Below are positions 39,486 to 47,809 of a stretch of DNA of 64,000 nucleotides, one piece after another. The first letter of the stretch is position 1. Every line of letters begins with the position of its first letter. Source of the DNA: Dehalococcoidia bacterium (GTDB lineage Bacteria > Chloroflexota > Dehalococcoidia > DSTF01 > JACRBR01); NCBI GenBank assembly GCA_041494685.1, contig JBGQBE010000006.1, positions 16,064 through 80,063 on the forward strand, in the 5' to 3' direction. Under the pieces are notes generated by a model, which worked only from the letters and a program-made list of their open reading frames with translations, made no database searches and was not told the origin of the DNA. A program made the translations under genes and the position numbers.

Positions 39486-42272
39486 ATGGTCCTCCAGGCC
39501 GAGCCCGAAGCCCGCAGATCGCTGAACGGAACCGCATGCACCGTCGAGCGCTTCTTCACGCGCTCCGGGGATGATCCGTTCAACGATCTCGCGTGGGAAT
39601 ACCGGACGGCCGTCATCGCCGACGAGACGGGCAACGCGTTCTTCGAGCAGAAGGACGTGGAGATCCCGAAGGCGTGGTCGCAGACCGCGACCAACGTCGT
39701 CGTGTCGAAGTACTTCCGCGGCCCGCTCGGCACCGACCGGCGCGAGCGCAGCGTGAAGCAGATGATCGGCCGCGTGTCCGACACGATCACCCGCTGGGGC
39801 GTGAAGGACGACTATTTCGAGAGCGCTGAAGAGGCGCAGACGTTCCATGACGAGCTGACGCACCTGCTGGTCCACCAGAAGATGGCGTTCAACAGCCCGG
39901 TGTGGTTCAACGTCGGCGTCGAAGAGAAGCCGCAGTGCTCGGCGTGCTTCATCCTCTCCGTGGACGACACGATGGAGTCGATCCTCGACTGGTGCAAGAC
40001 GGAGGGCATGATCTTCAAGGGCGGATCGGGCAGCGGCATCAACCTGTCGCCGATCCGGTCCAGCAAGGAGCAGCTGTCCGCCGGCGGCCAGGCAAGCGGG
40101 CCGATCTCCTTCATGCGCGGCGCGGACTCGATCGCCGGATCGATCAAGTCGGGCGGCAAGACGCGGCGCGCGGCGAAGATGGTGGTGCTGAACGTCGACC
40201 ACCCGGACGTCGAGGAGTTCATCGACTGCAAGGTGAACGAGGAGCGGAAGGCGCTGGCGCTGGGCGAGGCCGGCTGGGACATGTCGTTGAACGGCGACGC
40301 CTGGTCGTCGATCCAGTTCCAGAACGCCAACAACTCCATCCGCGTGTCCGACGAATTCATGCGCTCGGCGGTCGAAGGCCGCCCCTGGCAGCTTCGATCG
40401 GTGCGAGATGGCTCGGTAGCGAACGAAGTCAACGCCCGCGATCTGCTGAACCGGATGGCGGCCGCGGCGTGGGCCTGCGGCGACCCCGGCATGCAGTACG
40501 ACACGACGATCAACGACTGGCACACGTGCGCGAACACGGCGCGGATCAACGCGAGCAACCCGTGCTCGGAGTACATGCACGTGGACAACAGCGCGTGCAA
40601 TCTGGCGTCGCTCAACCTGATGAAGTTCATCGATGACGACGGCGTCTTCGACTCCGAGTCGTTCCGACGCGCGGTGACGGTGACGATCTGGGCGCAGGAG
40701 ATCATCGTCGGCAACTCCAGCTATCCGACGCCGAAGATCGCGGCGAACACGATCGCGATGCGTCAGCTCGGCCTCGGCTACGCGAACCTCGGCGCGCTGC
40801 TGATGTCGCTGGGACTTCCGTACGACTCCGACGCGGGCCGCGCGTACGCCGCGGCGATCACCGCGCTGATGACGGGACACGCGTACGCGACGTCCGCCGC
40901 GATCGCGCAGCGGGTCGGCCCGTTCGACGCCTTCCACCTGAATCGCGAGCCGATGTTGCGGGTAGTTGCGAAACATCGTGACGCTTCGCGTACAATACAG
41001 ACGGCGCATGTGCCGTCGGCGTTGATCGGCGCAGCGCAGCAAGCGTGGGATGACGCGTTGGAGTCTGGACAGAAGTTTGGTTACCGCAACGCGCAGGCGA
41101 CGGTGCTGGCACCGACCGGGACGATCGCGTTCATGATGGACTGCGACACCACGGGCGTGGAGCCGGACATCGCGCTGGTGAAGTACAAGAAGCTCGTCGG
41201 CGGCGGCATGATCAAGATCGTCAACCAGACGGTGCCGCGCGCGTTGAAGCGCCTGGGCTACGGTGCGCCGGAAGTCGAGCAGATCGTGAAGCACATCGAC
41301 GCCACCGGCACGATCGAGGGCGCGCCCGGCCTGCGCGACGAGGACCTGGCGGTCTTCGACTGCGCGTTCAAGGCGGAGAACGGCAAGCGCTCGATCCACC
41401 ACATGGGCCACATCAAGATGATGGGCGCAACGCAGCCGTTCATCTCCGGCGCGATCAGCAAGACGGTGAACCTGCCGAACGAGGCGACCGTCGAGGACGT
41501 GGCGGACACGTACGTGGAAGCGTGGCGGCACGGCGTCAAGGCAATCGCCATCTACCGCGACGGCTCGAAGACGGTGCAGCCGCTCTCGACGTCGAAGTCG
41601 TCATCCGGGACGGGCGCCGCGGCGGCGGAGCCGGCGCAGCCCGTGCGGCGGAAGATGCCGGACACCCGAAGCTCGCTGACGCATAAATTTTGCATCGAGG
41701 GCCACGACGGCTACATCACCGTCGGGCTGTACGACGACGGCACGCCAGGGGAGATCTTCCTCTCGATGGCGAAGCAGGGCTCGACGGTGAGCGGCCTGAT
41801 GGAGGCGTTCGGCCGGGCGATCTCGTACACGCTCCAGTACGGCGTGCCGGTGCAGGACCTGGTGCGGAACTTCGCGCACATGCGGTTCGAGCCGATGGGC
41901 CGGACGGAGAACCGGGACATCCCGGTGGCGCAGTCGATCATCGACTACGTGTTCCGCTGGCTTGCGAGCCGCTACATGTCGCCCGGCGACGCGTACGAAG
42001 TCGGCGTGATGACGCCGGAGATCAAGGCCGCGCTGGCGGCCGGACAGTACCCGCTGCCATTGGCGGGAGCGGTCGCGCCGGTGGCGGGTGGCAGCGAGAG
42101 CGCGCCAGCCGCGACGCTGGGCGCGGGGACGGCCGTGCCGGCGATGTACCAGGCGCCGCGTGCCAACGGGCACGCCGATGCGCCTGCGTGCGCCAGCTGC
42201 GGCTGGATCATGATTCGGTCGGGGACGTGTTACCGCTGTGAGAACTGCGGTAGCACGAGTGGCTGCTCCTAA
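39486..42272 (+). CDS. nrdJ: adenosylcobalamin-dependent (class II) ribonucleoside-diphosphate reductase NrdJ
   Basis: 928 aa; ...FEQKDVEIPKAWSQTATNVVVSKYFRG...PQCSACFILSVDDTMESILDWCKTEGMIFKGGSGSGINLSPIRS...; C-terminal Cys-rich zinc ribbon CASCGWIMIRSGTCYRCENCG. Confidence 0.95.
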   Translation: MVLQAEPEARRSLNGTACTVERFFTRSGDDPFNDLAWEYRTAVIADETGNAFFEQKDVEIPKAWSQTATNVVVSKYFRGPLGTDRRERSVKQMIGRVSDTITRWGVKDDYFESAEEAQTFHDELTHLLVHQKMAFNSPVWFNVGVEEKPQCSACFILSVDDTMESILDWCKTEGMIFKGGSGSGINLSPIRSSKEQLSAGGQASGPISFMRGADSIAGSIKSGGKTRRAAKMVVLNVDHPDVEEFIDCKVNEERKALALGEAGWDMSLNGDAWSSIQFQNANNSIRVSDEFMRSAVEGRPWQLRSVRDGSVANEVNARDLLNRMAAAAWACGDPGMQYDTTINDWHTCANTARINASNPCSEYMHVDNSACNLASLNLMKFIDDDGVFDSESFRRAVTVTIWAQEIIVGNSSYPTPKIAANTIAMRQLGLGYANLGALLMSLGLPYDSDAGRAYAAAITALMTGHAYATSAAIAQRVGPFDAFHLNREPMLRVVAKHRDASRTIQTAHVPSALIGAAQQAWDDALESGQKFGYRNAQATVLAPTGTIAFMMDCDTTGVEPDIALVKYKKLVGGGMIKIVNQTVPRALKRLGYGAPEVEQIVKHIDATGTIEGAPGLRDEDLAVFDCAFKAENGKRSIHHMGHIKMMGATQPFISGAISKTVNLPNEATVEDVADTYVEAWRHGVKAIAIYRDGSKTVQPLSTSKSSSGTGAAAAEPAQPVRRKMPDTRSSLTHKFCIEGHDGYITVGLYDDGTPGEIFLSMAKQGSTVSGLMEAFGRAISYTLQYGVPVQDLVRNFAHMRFEPMGRTENRDIPVAQSIIDYVFRWLASRYMSPGDAYEVGVMTPEIKAALAAGQYPLPLAGAVAPVAGGSESAPAATLGAGTAVPAMYQAPRANGHADAPACASCGWIMIRSGTCYRCENCGSTSGCS

Positions 42273-42316
42273 CGGTAGGGGCAAACAGGTCAAGGAAGAC
42301 AGGAGGCAGGGAAAGA

Positions 42317-42565
42317 ATGGCTGTAGCAGCGAAGAAGCCGGCAGCGAAGAAGCCGGCCGCCAAGAAGAAGCCAGCGGCCAAGAAGGCTGCGGCGAAGAAG
42401 CCGGCCGCCAAGAAGGCTGCCCCCAAGAAGAAGCCGGCGGCGAAGAAGCCGGCCGCCAAGAAGAAGCCGGCCGCCAAGAAGGCTGCCCCCAAGAAGGCAG
42501 CAGCGGCGAAGTCCCGAACCGCCAAGAAGCCGGCCGCGAAGCGCAAGCCGGCGGCGAAGAAGTAA
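42317..42565 (+). CDS. histone H1/AlgP-like lysine-alanine-rich nucleoid-associated protein (KAPA/AKKPAAKK repeats)
   Basis: MAVAAKKPAAKKPAAKKKPAAKKAAAKKPAAKK... 82 aa; strong RBS GGAGG; DNA is a tandem 24-30-nt repeat; the opposite-strand ORF (AAGFF repeats) is its shadow. Confidence 0.8.
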   Translation: MAVAAKKPAAKKPAAKKKPAAKKAAAKKPAAKKAAPKKKPAAKKPAAKKKPAAKKAAPKKAAAAKSRTAKKPAAKRKPAAKK

Positions 42566-42573
42566 ATGGCTCG

Positions 42574-42666
42574 GGTGGCGGCAGTCCCCGGCCGCCACCC
42601 GCACGCCTTCTCCCCGACAGGCGTGTAAGACATGTGGTCTGGCCCCGAGGTTCGGGGCCAGACCAC
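42574..42666 (+). terminator. two GC-rich hairpins after the histone-like gene (likely terminator; no U-tract)
   Basis: GGTGGCGGCagtccccgGCCGCCACC (42574..42599) and the perfect 15-bp stem GTGGTCTGGCCCCGAggttCGGGGCCAGACCAC (42634..42666). Confidence 0.45.
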
Positions 42667-42709
42667 ACCCTCACAGCGGGGCAGCCGGCAAGCACAGGGA
42701 GCCATCCCC

Positions 42710-42868
42710 ATGCCGTTGTTCATCGCCCTCAGCGCCCTCGTCGCCATCTCCACCGCCATCCTGCTGCACCAGTACCGGCATCGCGCCTTCGACGCGTCCG
42801 CGTCCGAAGACACCGCGGCCGCGGACGCTGAGGGCGGCGCCGGCGCGACGACCTCCCGCGCCGCCTGA
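42710..42868 (+). CDS. hypothetical small membrane protein (52 aa)
   Basis: MPLFIALSALVAISTAILLHQYRHRAF...; AGGGAG RBS 8 nt upstream; weak evidence. Confidence 0.3.
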   Translation: MPLFIALSALVAISTAILLHQYRHRAFDASASEDTAAADAEGGAGATTSRAA

Positions 42869-42979
42869 GACGGGCGCTTCCTCACAGGCGCCTCACAGCG
42901 CGCGCATCCGTCCGAAAAATCCACATAATATCCGCGCTCTCGCGCCGCCCGCTGGGGTAGTATCTGCACACGACGAAGC

Positions 42980-43052
42980 AACCCGCCGAAGGGTCAGGTG
43001 GCGTCCTGAGCAGGGACGCTCCCCGCCGCCCCCTTCGGCGGGTTTTGCTCTC
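42980..43052 (+). promoter_or_regulatory. structured RNA leader / terminator-like element upstream of the modE-like-tupABC operon (possible riboswitch-like attenuator)
   Basis: 14-bp closing stem AACCCGCCGAAGGG...CCCTTCGGCGGGTT enclosing two hairpins (TCAGGtggcgtCCTGA; GGGAcgcTCCC), followed by TTTTGCTCT; AT-rich -10-like CATAAT/TAATAT at 42924..42932 upstream. Confidence 0.4.
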
Positions 43053-43104
43053 CCCCCGCGAGCGCCCCTGTAACGAGTCACCCGTTCGCTGTAACCTTCC
43101 CCGC

Positions 43105-43440
43105 ATGGAGCCACGCGCCAAGGTCTGGGTGGAGAAGGACGGCCGCATCGTCCTGAGCGACTATCGCGTGCGGCTGCTCGCGCTGATCGACGAGACCGGC
43201 TCGCTGTCCGAGGCGGCAGGACGGATGCAGCTCTCGTACCGGCGGGCGTGGGGCAAGGTGAAAGAGATCGAGCAGAACCTGGGAGCCAAGCTCGTCGAGA
43301 GCGCCACCGGCGGCGCCGGCGGCGGCGGCTCGAAGCTGACGCCCGAGGGGCGGCGGCTGGTCGAGACGTACGAGCGCTTCCGTACGGCGGCGGAGCAGGA
43401 CCTGACGCGCGACTTCACACGCGCATTCCGGGGCGACTGA
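43105..43440 (+). CDS. ModE-like N-terminal winged-helix (molybdate/tungstate-responsive) transcriptional regulator, standalone DNA-binding domain
   Basis: MEPRAKVWVEKDGRIVLSDYRVRLLALIDETGSLSEAAGRMQLSYRRAWGKVKEIEQNLGAKLVESATGG...KLTPEGRRLVETYERF; track ORF from 43045 has a short extension. Confidence 0.75.
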   Translation: MEPRAKVWVEKDGRIVLSDYRVRLLALIDETGSLSEAAGRMQLSYRRAWGKVKEIEQNLGAKLVESATGGAGGGGSKLTPEGRRLVETYERFRTAAEQDLTRDFTRAFRGD

Positions 43441-43507
43441 GCGGCCCGGGCCAGCTGACAGCCCACAGCGCTTCTCATTCGTGCTAGACGGTGGCTCGCG
43501 GCGGCGC

Positions 43508-43525
43508 TATGCTCGCGGGAGCATA
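43508..43525 (+). promoter_or_regulatory. 18-bp palindrome TATGCTCgcggGAGCATA upstream of tupA (candidate operator)
   Basis: 7-bp perfect arms ~30 nt upstream of the tupA start, downstream of the modE-like gene. Confidence 0.35.
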
Positions 43526-43553
43526 TCCGATTGCAGTTGAGGGAGGAGCCCCC

Positions 43554-44471
43554 GTGAGACTACGGACGATGGCGCTGGCGGCGGTTGCGCTGCTGGCACT
43601 GATAACAGCGGCCGCGTGCGGCGGCGACAGCAAGAGCAGCGCGACGGCGACACCCGCCGCGACGAGCGGACCGACCACCGCGCCGACGCCGGCGATCACG
43701 AAGGCGAGCGGCACGCTGATCCTGGCGACCACGACGAGCACGCAGGACAGCGGCCTGCTGGACCTGCTCGTACCGATGTTCCAGGACCAGTACGGGTACA
43801 CCGTGAAGACCGTCGCCGTCGGCTCCGGGCAGGCGATCCAGCAAGCGTCCAACGGCGACGCCGACGTGGTGCTGGTGCACTCGCCGGCGGCGGAGCAGAA
43901 GATGGTCGATGCGGGCGAAGGCATCGAGCGGACGCTCGTCATGCACAACGACTTCATCATCGTCGGGCCGAAGGACGACCCGGCGGGCGTGGCCGCGGCG
44001 AAGACGACGAACGAAGCGATGCAGGCGATCGCGACGAAGGGTGCTCATTTCATCAGCCGCGGCGACAATTCCGGCACGAACGCGCTGGAGCTGACCCTCT
44101 GGAAGGCGATCAGCGTGACGCCGAAGGGGCAGCCGTGGTACGAGGAGTCGGGGCAGGGGATGGGCGCGACGCTGCAGATCGCGAACCAGAAGAACGCGTA
44201 CACGATCAGCGATCGGGCGACGTTCCTGGCGCAGAAGTCGCAGCTTTCGCTGCAGATCCTGTTCCAGAAGGACAGGGCGCTGCTGAATGTCTACCACGTG
44301 ATCGTCGTGAACCCGGCGAAGCACCCGAACATCAACCTGGCGGCCGCGCGCGCGTTCGCGGCGTTCCTGGTGCGGCCGGACGTGCAGGCGGCCATCGGCA
44401 ACTTCGGCGTGGACAAGGCGGGCGAGCCGCTGTTCGTCGCGGACGCCGGCAAGCCCGACCCGACGAAGTAA
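43554..44471 (+). CDS. tupA: tungstate/molybdate ABC transporter substrate-binding lipoprotein, TupA-like
   Basis: GTG start 5 nt after GGAGGGAGGAG; signal MALAAVALLALITAAACGG; TupA signature LILATTTSTQDSGLLDLL. Confidence 0.8.
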   Translation: MRLRTMALAAVALLALITAAACGGDSKSSATATPAATSGPTTAPTPAITKASGTLILATTTSTQDSGLLDLLVPMFQDQYGYTVKTVAVGSGQAIQQASNGDADVVLVHSPAAEQKMVDAGEGIERTLVMHNDFIIVGPKDDPAGVAAAKTTNEAMQAIATKGAHFISRGDNSGTNALELTLWKAISVTPKGQPWYEESGQGMGATLQIANQKNAYTISDRATFLAQKSQLSLQILFQKDRALLNVYHVIVVNPAKHPNINLAAARAFAAFLVRPDVQAAIGNFGVDKAGEPLFVADAGKPDPTK

Positions 44472-44558
44472 GTCGCGGCAGGGCCGCGTTCGTAGTACGT
44501 TGCGGCGGCCGGAGCGATTCCGGCCGCCTGTACTAGCCGGGCTGTTCGGAGGGACGCC

Positions 44559-45329
44559 GTGGAGCTGATCTGGGAGGGCCTGCGCGACGCGCTGCGCATG
44601 CTGGCGCACAACGAGGGCCACGTCTACGAGATCGCGTGGCGGTCGGTCTACGTGTCCGGCACGGCGACGATCATCAGCCTCCTGCTGGGCGTCGGCGCCG
44701 GGGCAGTGATCGCCTTCCGGCGGTTCCCGGGGCGGCTGGTCGTGCTGACGCTCGTGAACACGGGCATGGGCTTCCCGCCCGTCGTCGTCGGACTCGTGGT
44801 GGCGATCCTGCTCTGGCGGAGCGGGCCGCTGGGCGACCTCGGCTGGATCTACACGCCGCGGGCGATGATCATCGCGCAGGTCGTGATCGCGACGCCGGTG
44901 ATCGTCGGATTCACCGCTGCGTCGCTGGCGGCGCTGCCGGCGAAGCTGCGGCTGCAGGTATACGCGCTCGGCGCTTCCCGGCTGCAGATGCTGTGGATCG
45001 TGCTGCAGGAGGTGCGGCTGCCGCTGCTGGCGGCGATCATGGCGGGCTTCGGCGCGGCGATCTCGGAAGTGGGCGCCTCGGTGATGGTGGGCGGCAACAT
45101 CTCGGGGCAGACGCGCGTGCTGACCGGCGCGATCCTGCTGGAGCAGAGCAAGGGCAACTTCGGCATCGCGCTGGCACTGAGCATCGTATTGCTGGCGATG
45201 ATGGTGGCGGTGAACGCCCTGTTCACCTGGGTGCAGTTCAGCGCGCGGCGTGACCGCTGGCGCGCAGCGGGAGACGACGCGCACGACGGCGGCGCGCGGC
45301 CGATCTCATCACCATGGCTGCCGCGCTGA
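44559..45329 (+). CDS. tupB: tungstate/molybdate ABC transporter permease
   Basis: Polytopic ABC permease (...RLQMLWIVLQEVRLPLLAAIMAGFGAAISEVGASVMVGGNI...); assigned by family and operon context. Confidence 0.75.
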   Translation: MELIWEGLRDALRMLAHNEGHVYEIAWRSVYVSGTATIISLLLGVGAGAVIAFRRFPGRLVVLTLVNTGMGFPPVVVGLVVAILLWRSGPLGDLGWIYTPRAMIIAQVVIATPVIVGFTAASLAALPAKLRLQVYALGASRLQMLWIVLQEVRLPLLAAIMAGFGAAISEVGASVMVGGNISGQTRVLTGAILLEQSKGNFGIALALSIVLLAMMVAVNALFTWVQFSARRDRWRAAGDDAHDGGARPISSPWLPR

Positions 45330-46402
45330 CCGTGCCAAAGCTGGCCGTGCGCGGGCTGATCGTACGACGCGACGGCCGCGCGATCGTCGACGTGCCGTCG
45401 CTGGACGTGCGCGCGGGCGAGGTGCTGGCGGTGATCGGGCCGAACGGCGCGGGCAAGAGCACGCTGCTGCTGCACCTGGCGCTGCTGGAGCGCCCGGATG
45501 CCGGCGAGGTGCTGTTCGCGGGCGCGCCGGCGCGCCGGCGCGATCTCGCGCTGCGGCGGCGGATGGCGGTGGTCTTCCAGGAGCCGCTGCTGTTGGACCG
45601 CGGCGTCCTGGCGAACGTCGAGACGGGGCTGCGCCTGCGCGGCGTGCCGCACAACGAGCGGCGGCAGCGAGCGCTGCGCTGGCTGGCACGCTTCGGCGTC
45701 GATGCGCTGGCGGGGCGGGCCGCCCACACGCTGAGCGGCGGCGAGGCGCAGCGCGTGAGCCTGGCGCGAGCGTTCGCGCTGCAACCGGAGGTGCTGCTGC
45801 TCGACGAGCCGTTCAGTGCGCTGGACACGCCGACGCGCGAGGCGATCACCGGCGACCTGGCCGGCGCGCTGCGGGAGACGCACGTGACGACGGTCATCGT
45901 GACGCACGACCACGACGAAGCCGCGCGGCTGGGCGAACGCGTCGCGGTGCTCATCGGCGGCCAGATCCGGCAGACGGGGACGCCGGCGGAGGTTTTCGGC
46001 GCGCCGGCGGACGAGGACGTTGCGGCGTTCGTCGGCATCGAAACGATCTTCCTGGCGACCGTCACCTCGCGGGCTGACGGCATGGTGACGCTGGCGGCGG
46101 GCGCGCACACGATCGAGACCGTGGACGCGGGCAGCTTCGGCGCGGCGCTGGTGTGCCTGCGGCCCGAGGACATCAGCATCTCCGCGCCTGGCGAGCGGCC
46201 GGCGGACAGCGCGCGCAACCGGCTCGCGGGCCGCGTGCGGCGGGTCGTGCGCACGGGCGCGGACGCGCGCGTGGAGGTGGACTGCGGCGTCGTGGTGACC
46301 GCGCGCGTGACGCGGCGGTCGCTCGACGAGCTGGCGATCGCCGAGGGCGCCGAGGTGGTGGCGTCGTTCAAGGCGACGGCGGTGCACCTGATCCCGAAGT
46401 AG
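45314..46402 (+). CDS. tupC: tungstate/molybdate ABC transporter ATP-binding protein with C-terminal TOBE/Mop domain
   Basis: Walker A GPNGAGKST, signature LSGGEAQRV, Walker B LLLDEPFSALD; C-terminal TOBE region. Confidence 0.85.
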   Translation: MAAALTVPKLAVRGLIVRRDGRAIVDVPSLDVRAGEVLAVIGPNGAGKSTLLLHLALLERPDAGEVLFAGAPARRRDLALRRRMAVVFQEPLLLDRGVLANVETGLRLRGVPHNERRQRALRWLARFGVDALAGRAAHTLSGGEAQRVSLARAFALQPEVLLLDEPFSALDTPTREAITGDLAGALRETHVTTVIVTHDHDEAARLGERVAVLIGGQIRQTGTPAEVFGAPADEDVAAFVGIETIFLATVTSRADGMVTLAAGAHTIETVDAGSFGAALVCLRPEDISISAPGERPADSARNRLAGRVRRVVRTGADARVEVDCGVVVTARVTRRSLDELAIAEGAEVVASFKATAVHLIPK

Positions 46403-46406
46403 GCGG

Positions 46407-47084
46407 TCAGCGCGGCCGGCGCAGCGTGGCGACCAGATCGACGTCGTCGGAGATGATGGCGTCCACGCCCATCGCGAGCAGCTCCTCGGCGCGGTGGCGC
46501 GTGTTCACCGTCCACGCGAACACTTCCAGGCCCTCGCTGTGCAGCCGTCGGATGACGTCCGGCGATAGCAGCGTGTGCCGGATCGAGACGCCGGCGGGCC
46601 GGACGCCGCTGCGGCGGAGCAGCCCGTCGATCGCCGAGCGCCTGCCAATCGAGTAGTACATGCGCATCTCAGTGCCGGCGGCAGCGAGCTGGTCGAGCAG
46701 CTTCCACTGCCGCGACGAGACGAGCGTGCGCGGCATCATCGACTCGTTGTCGTGATAGAGCTGGAGGACGGAGTCAGCGGCGCGCGGCGTGGCGGACTTG
46801 ATGTCGAGGAAGAGCTCGGCGCGAAAGTTGATCTGGCGCAACAGCTCCGGCAGGTCGAGGTGCCCCAGGCCGAAGCGGATATACCACTTGTCGTACACGA
46901 CGGGCAGCGCCGGCAGCTTGCGCTCGTGGCGCAGCGTCAGGCGGCCGCGGTCGTGCCAGAAGTCGCACTCGATGGCATCGACGCCGGCCGCGAGCGCCTG
47001 TTCCAGGTGATGCAGGTTGTTGCCAGCGCGATGGGCGATCGCGTAGAACCCGCGGTCGGAGCGGGAGGCGGCGGCACGGTTCAC
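46407..47084 (-). CDS. glycerophosphodiester phosphodiesterase (GDPD family)
   Basis: FYAIAHRAGNNLHHLEQALAAGVDAIECDFW...; track ORF extends to 47201, but that S-rich N-terminus overlaps yjbQ; probable GTG start ~47084 (uncertain). Confidence 0.7.
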   Translation of the reverse strand: MNRAAASRSDRGFYAIAHRAGNNLHHLEQALAAGVDAIECDFWHDRGRLTLRHERKLPALPVVYDKWYIRFGLGHLDLPELLRQINFRAELFLDIKSATPRAADSVLQLYHDNESMMPRTLVSSRQWKLLDQLAAAGTEMRMYYSIGRRSAIDGLLRRSGVRPAGVSIRHTLLSPDVIRRLHSEGLEVFAWTVNTRHRAEELLAMGVDAIISDDVDLVATLRRPR

Positions 47085-47100
47085 CCGGGTGCGGCTGCGG

Positions 47101-47607
47101 TCAGGCGGTACCGACAACGTTGACCAGCACACGGCGCAGGCGCGGGTGGTCGAGCTCGACCAGGAAGACGCGCTGCCAGGTGCCCAGGGCGATGCGGCCA
47201 TCGATGATCGGGATGGTCTCGCTGGCGCTCAGGAACAGGTGCTGGACGTGGGCGTGGCCGTTCGCGCACTCATCCTCGTTCATGTTGACGGTGCGGCGGG
47301 TGAAGTCGTTGTGCTCGTAGTAGGCGGCGGGCGGCGCGAACTGGCGCAGCACGCGGGCCATATCGCGCAGCAGAAGCGGCTCGTGCTCGTTGATCTTGAT
47401 GGCGGCGGTGGTGTGCTGAGAGAAGGCGGTTACCTGGCCGAACTGGACGCCGGACGCATCGACGATGCGGACGATGTCATCGGTTATGTCGATGAACTCG
47501 GGAGCTCCGGTCGTTTCGTACTCGATAGCCTCACAGAGGACTTGCGTCGCCGGAGCATCGGCCCGGGCCACAATCTCGCGCCGGGCTTCCACAACTGATC
47601 GTTCCAT
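47101..47607 (-). CDS. yjbQ: secondary thiamine-phosphate synthase enzyme YjbQ (UPF0047)
   Basis: MERSVVEARREIV...EFIDITDDIVRIV...GQVTAFSQHTTAAIKINEHEP...; ATG after GAAGGCGG. Confidence 0.8.
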   Translation of the reverse strand: MERSVVEARREIVARADAPATQVLCEAIEYETTGAPEFIDITDDIVRIVDASGVQFGQVTAFSQHTTAAIKINEHEPLLLRDMARVLRQFAPPAAYYEHNDFTRRTVNMNEDECANGHAHVQHLFLSASETIPIIDGRIALGTWQRVFLVELDHPRLRRVLVNVVGTA

Positions 47608-47754
47608 CACACCGCCTTCACACAGAGGATCGCCCAATCTGCCGACATTCTGGGGGAGGCCCCTTCTAAGCGCAATTCTGGCCGCGCATAAGGCGAGCCT
47701 GAGCGCCGTATCTATGGGATTGCGCCCATCCCCTGGGGTCAGCAGCTACGCGAC

Positions 47755-47780
47755 GAGGGCCTGATCCGGATCAGGCCCTC
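47755..47780 (-). terminator. perfect 26-bp palindromic hairpin downstream of the cupredoxin gene
   Basis: GAGGGCCTGATCCGGATCAGGCCCTC; bidirectionally foldable; no clear U-tract. Confidence 0.4.
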
Positions 47781-47809
47781 GTGTCTGGTAGTTGGATCCG
47801 GTGCGGCGG

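Noticed and set aside
39369-41531. 720-aa minus-strand ORF
   Set aside because: Antisense shadow of nrdJ.
42208-42981. Minus-strand ORF with AAGFF/LAAGFF repeats
   Set aside because: Reverse-complement reading of the KAPA-repeat histone-like gene; the plus strand has a strong RBS and a biologically sensible K/A/P composition.
43560-46387. 574-aa and 512-aa minus-strand ORFs
   Set aside because: Antisense shadows of tupABC.
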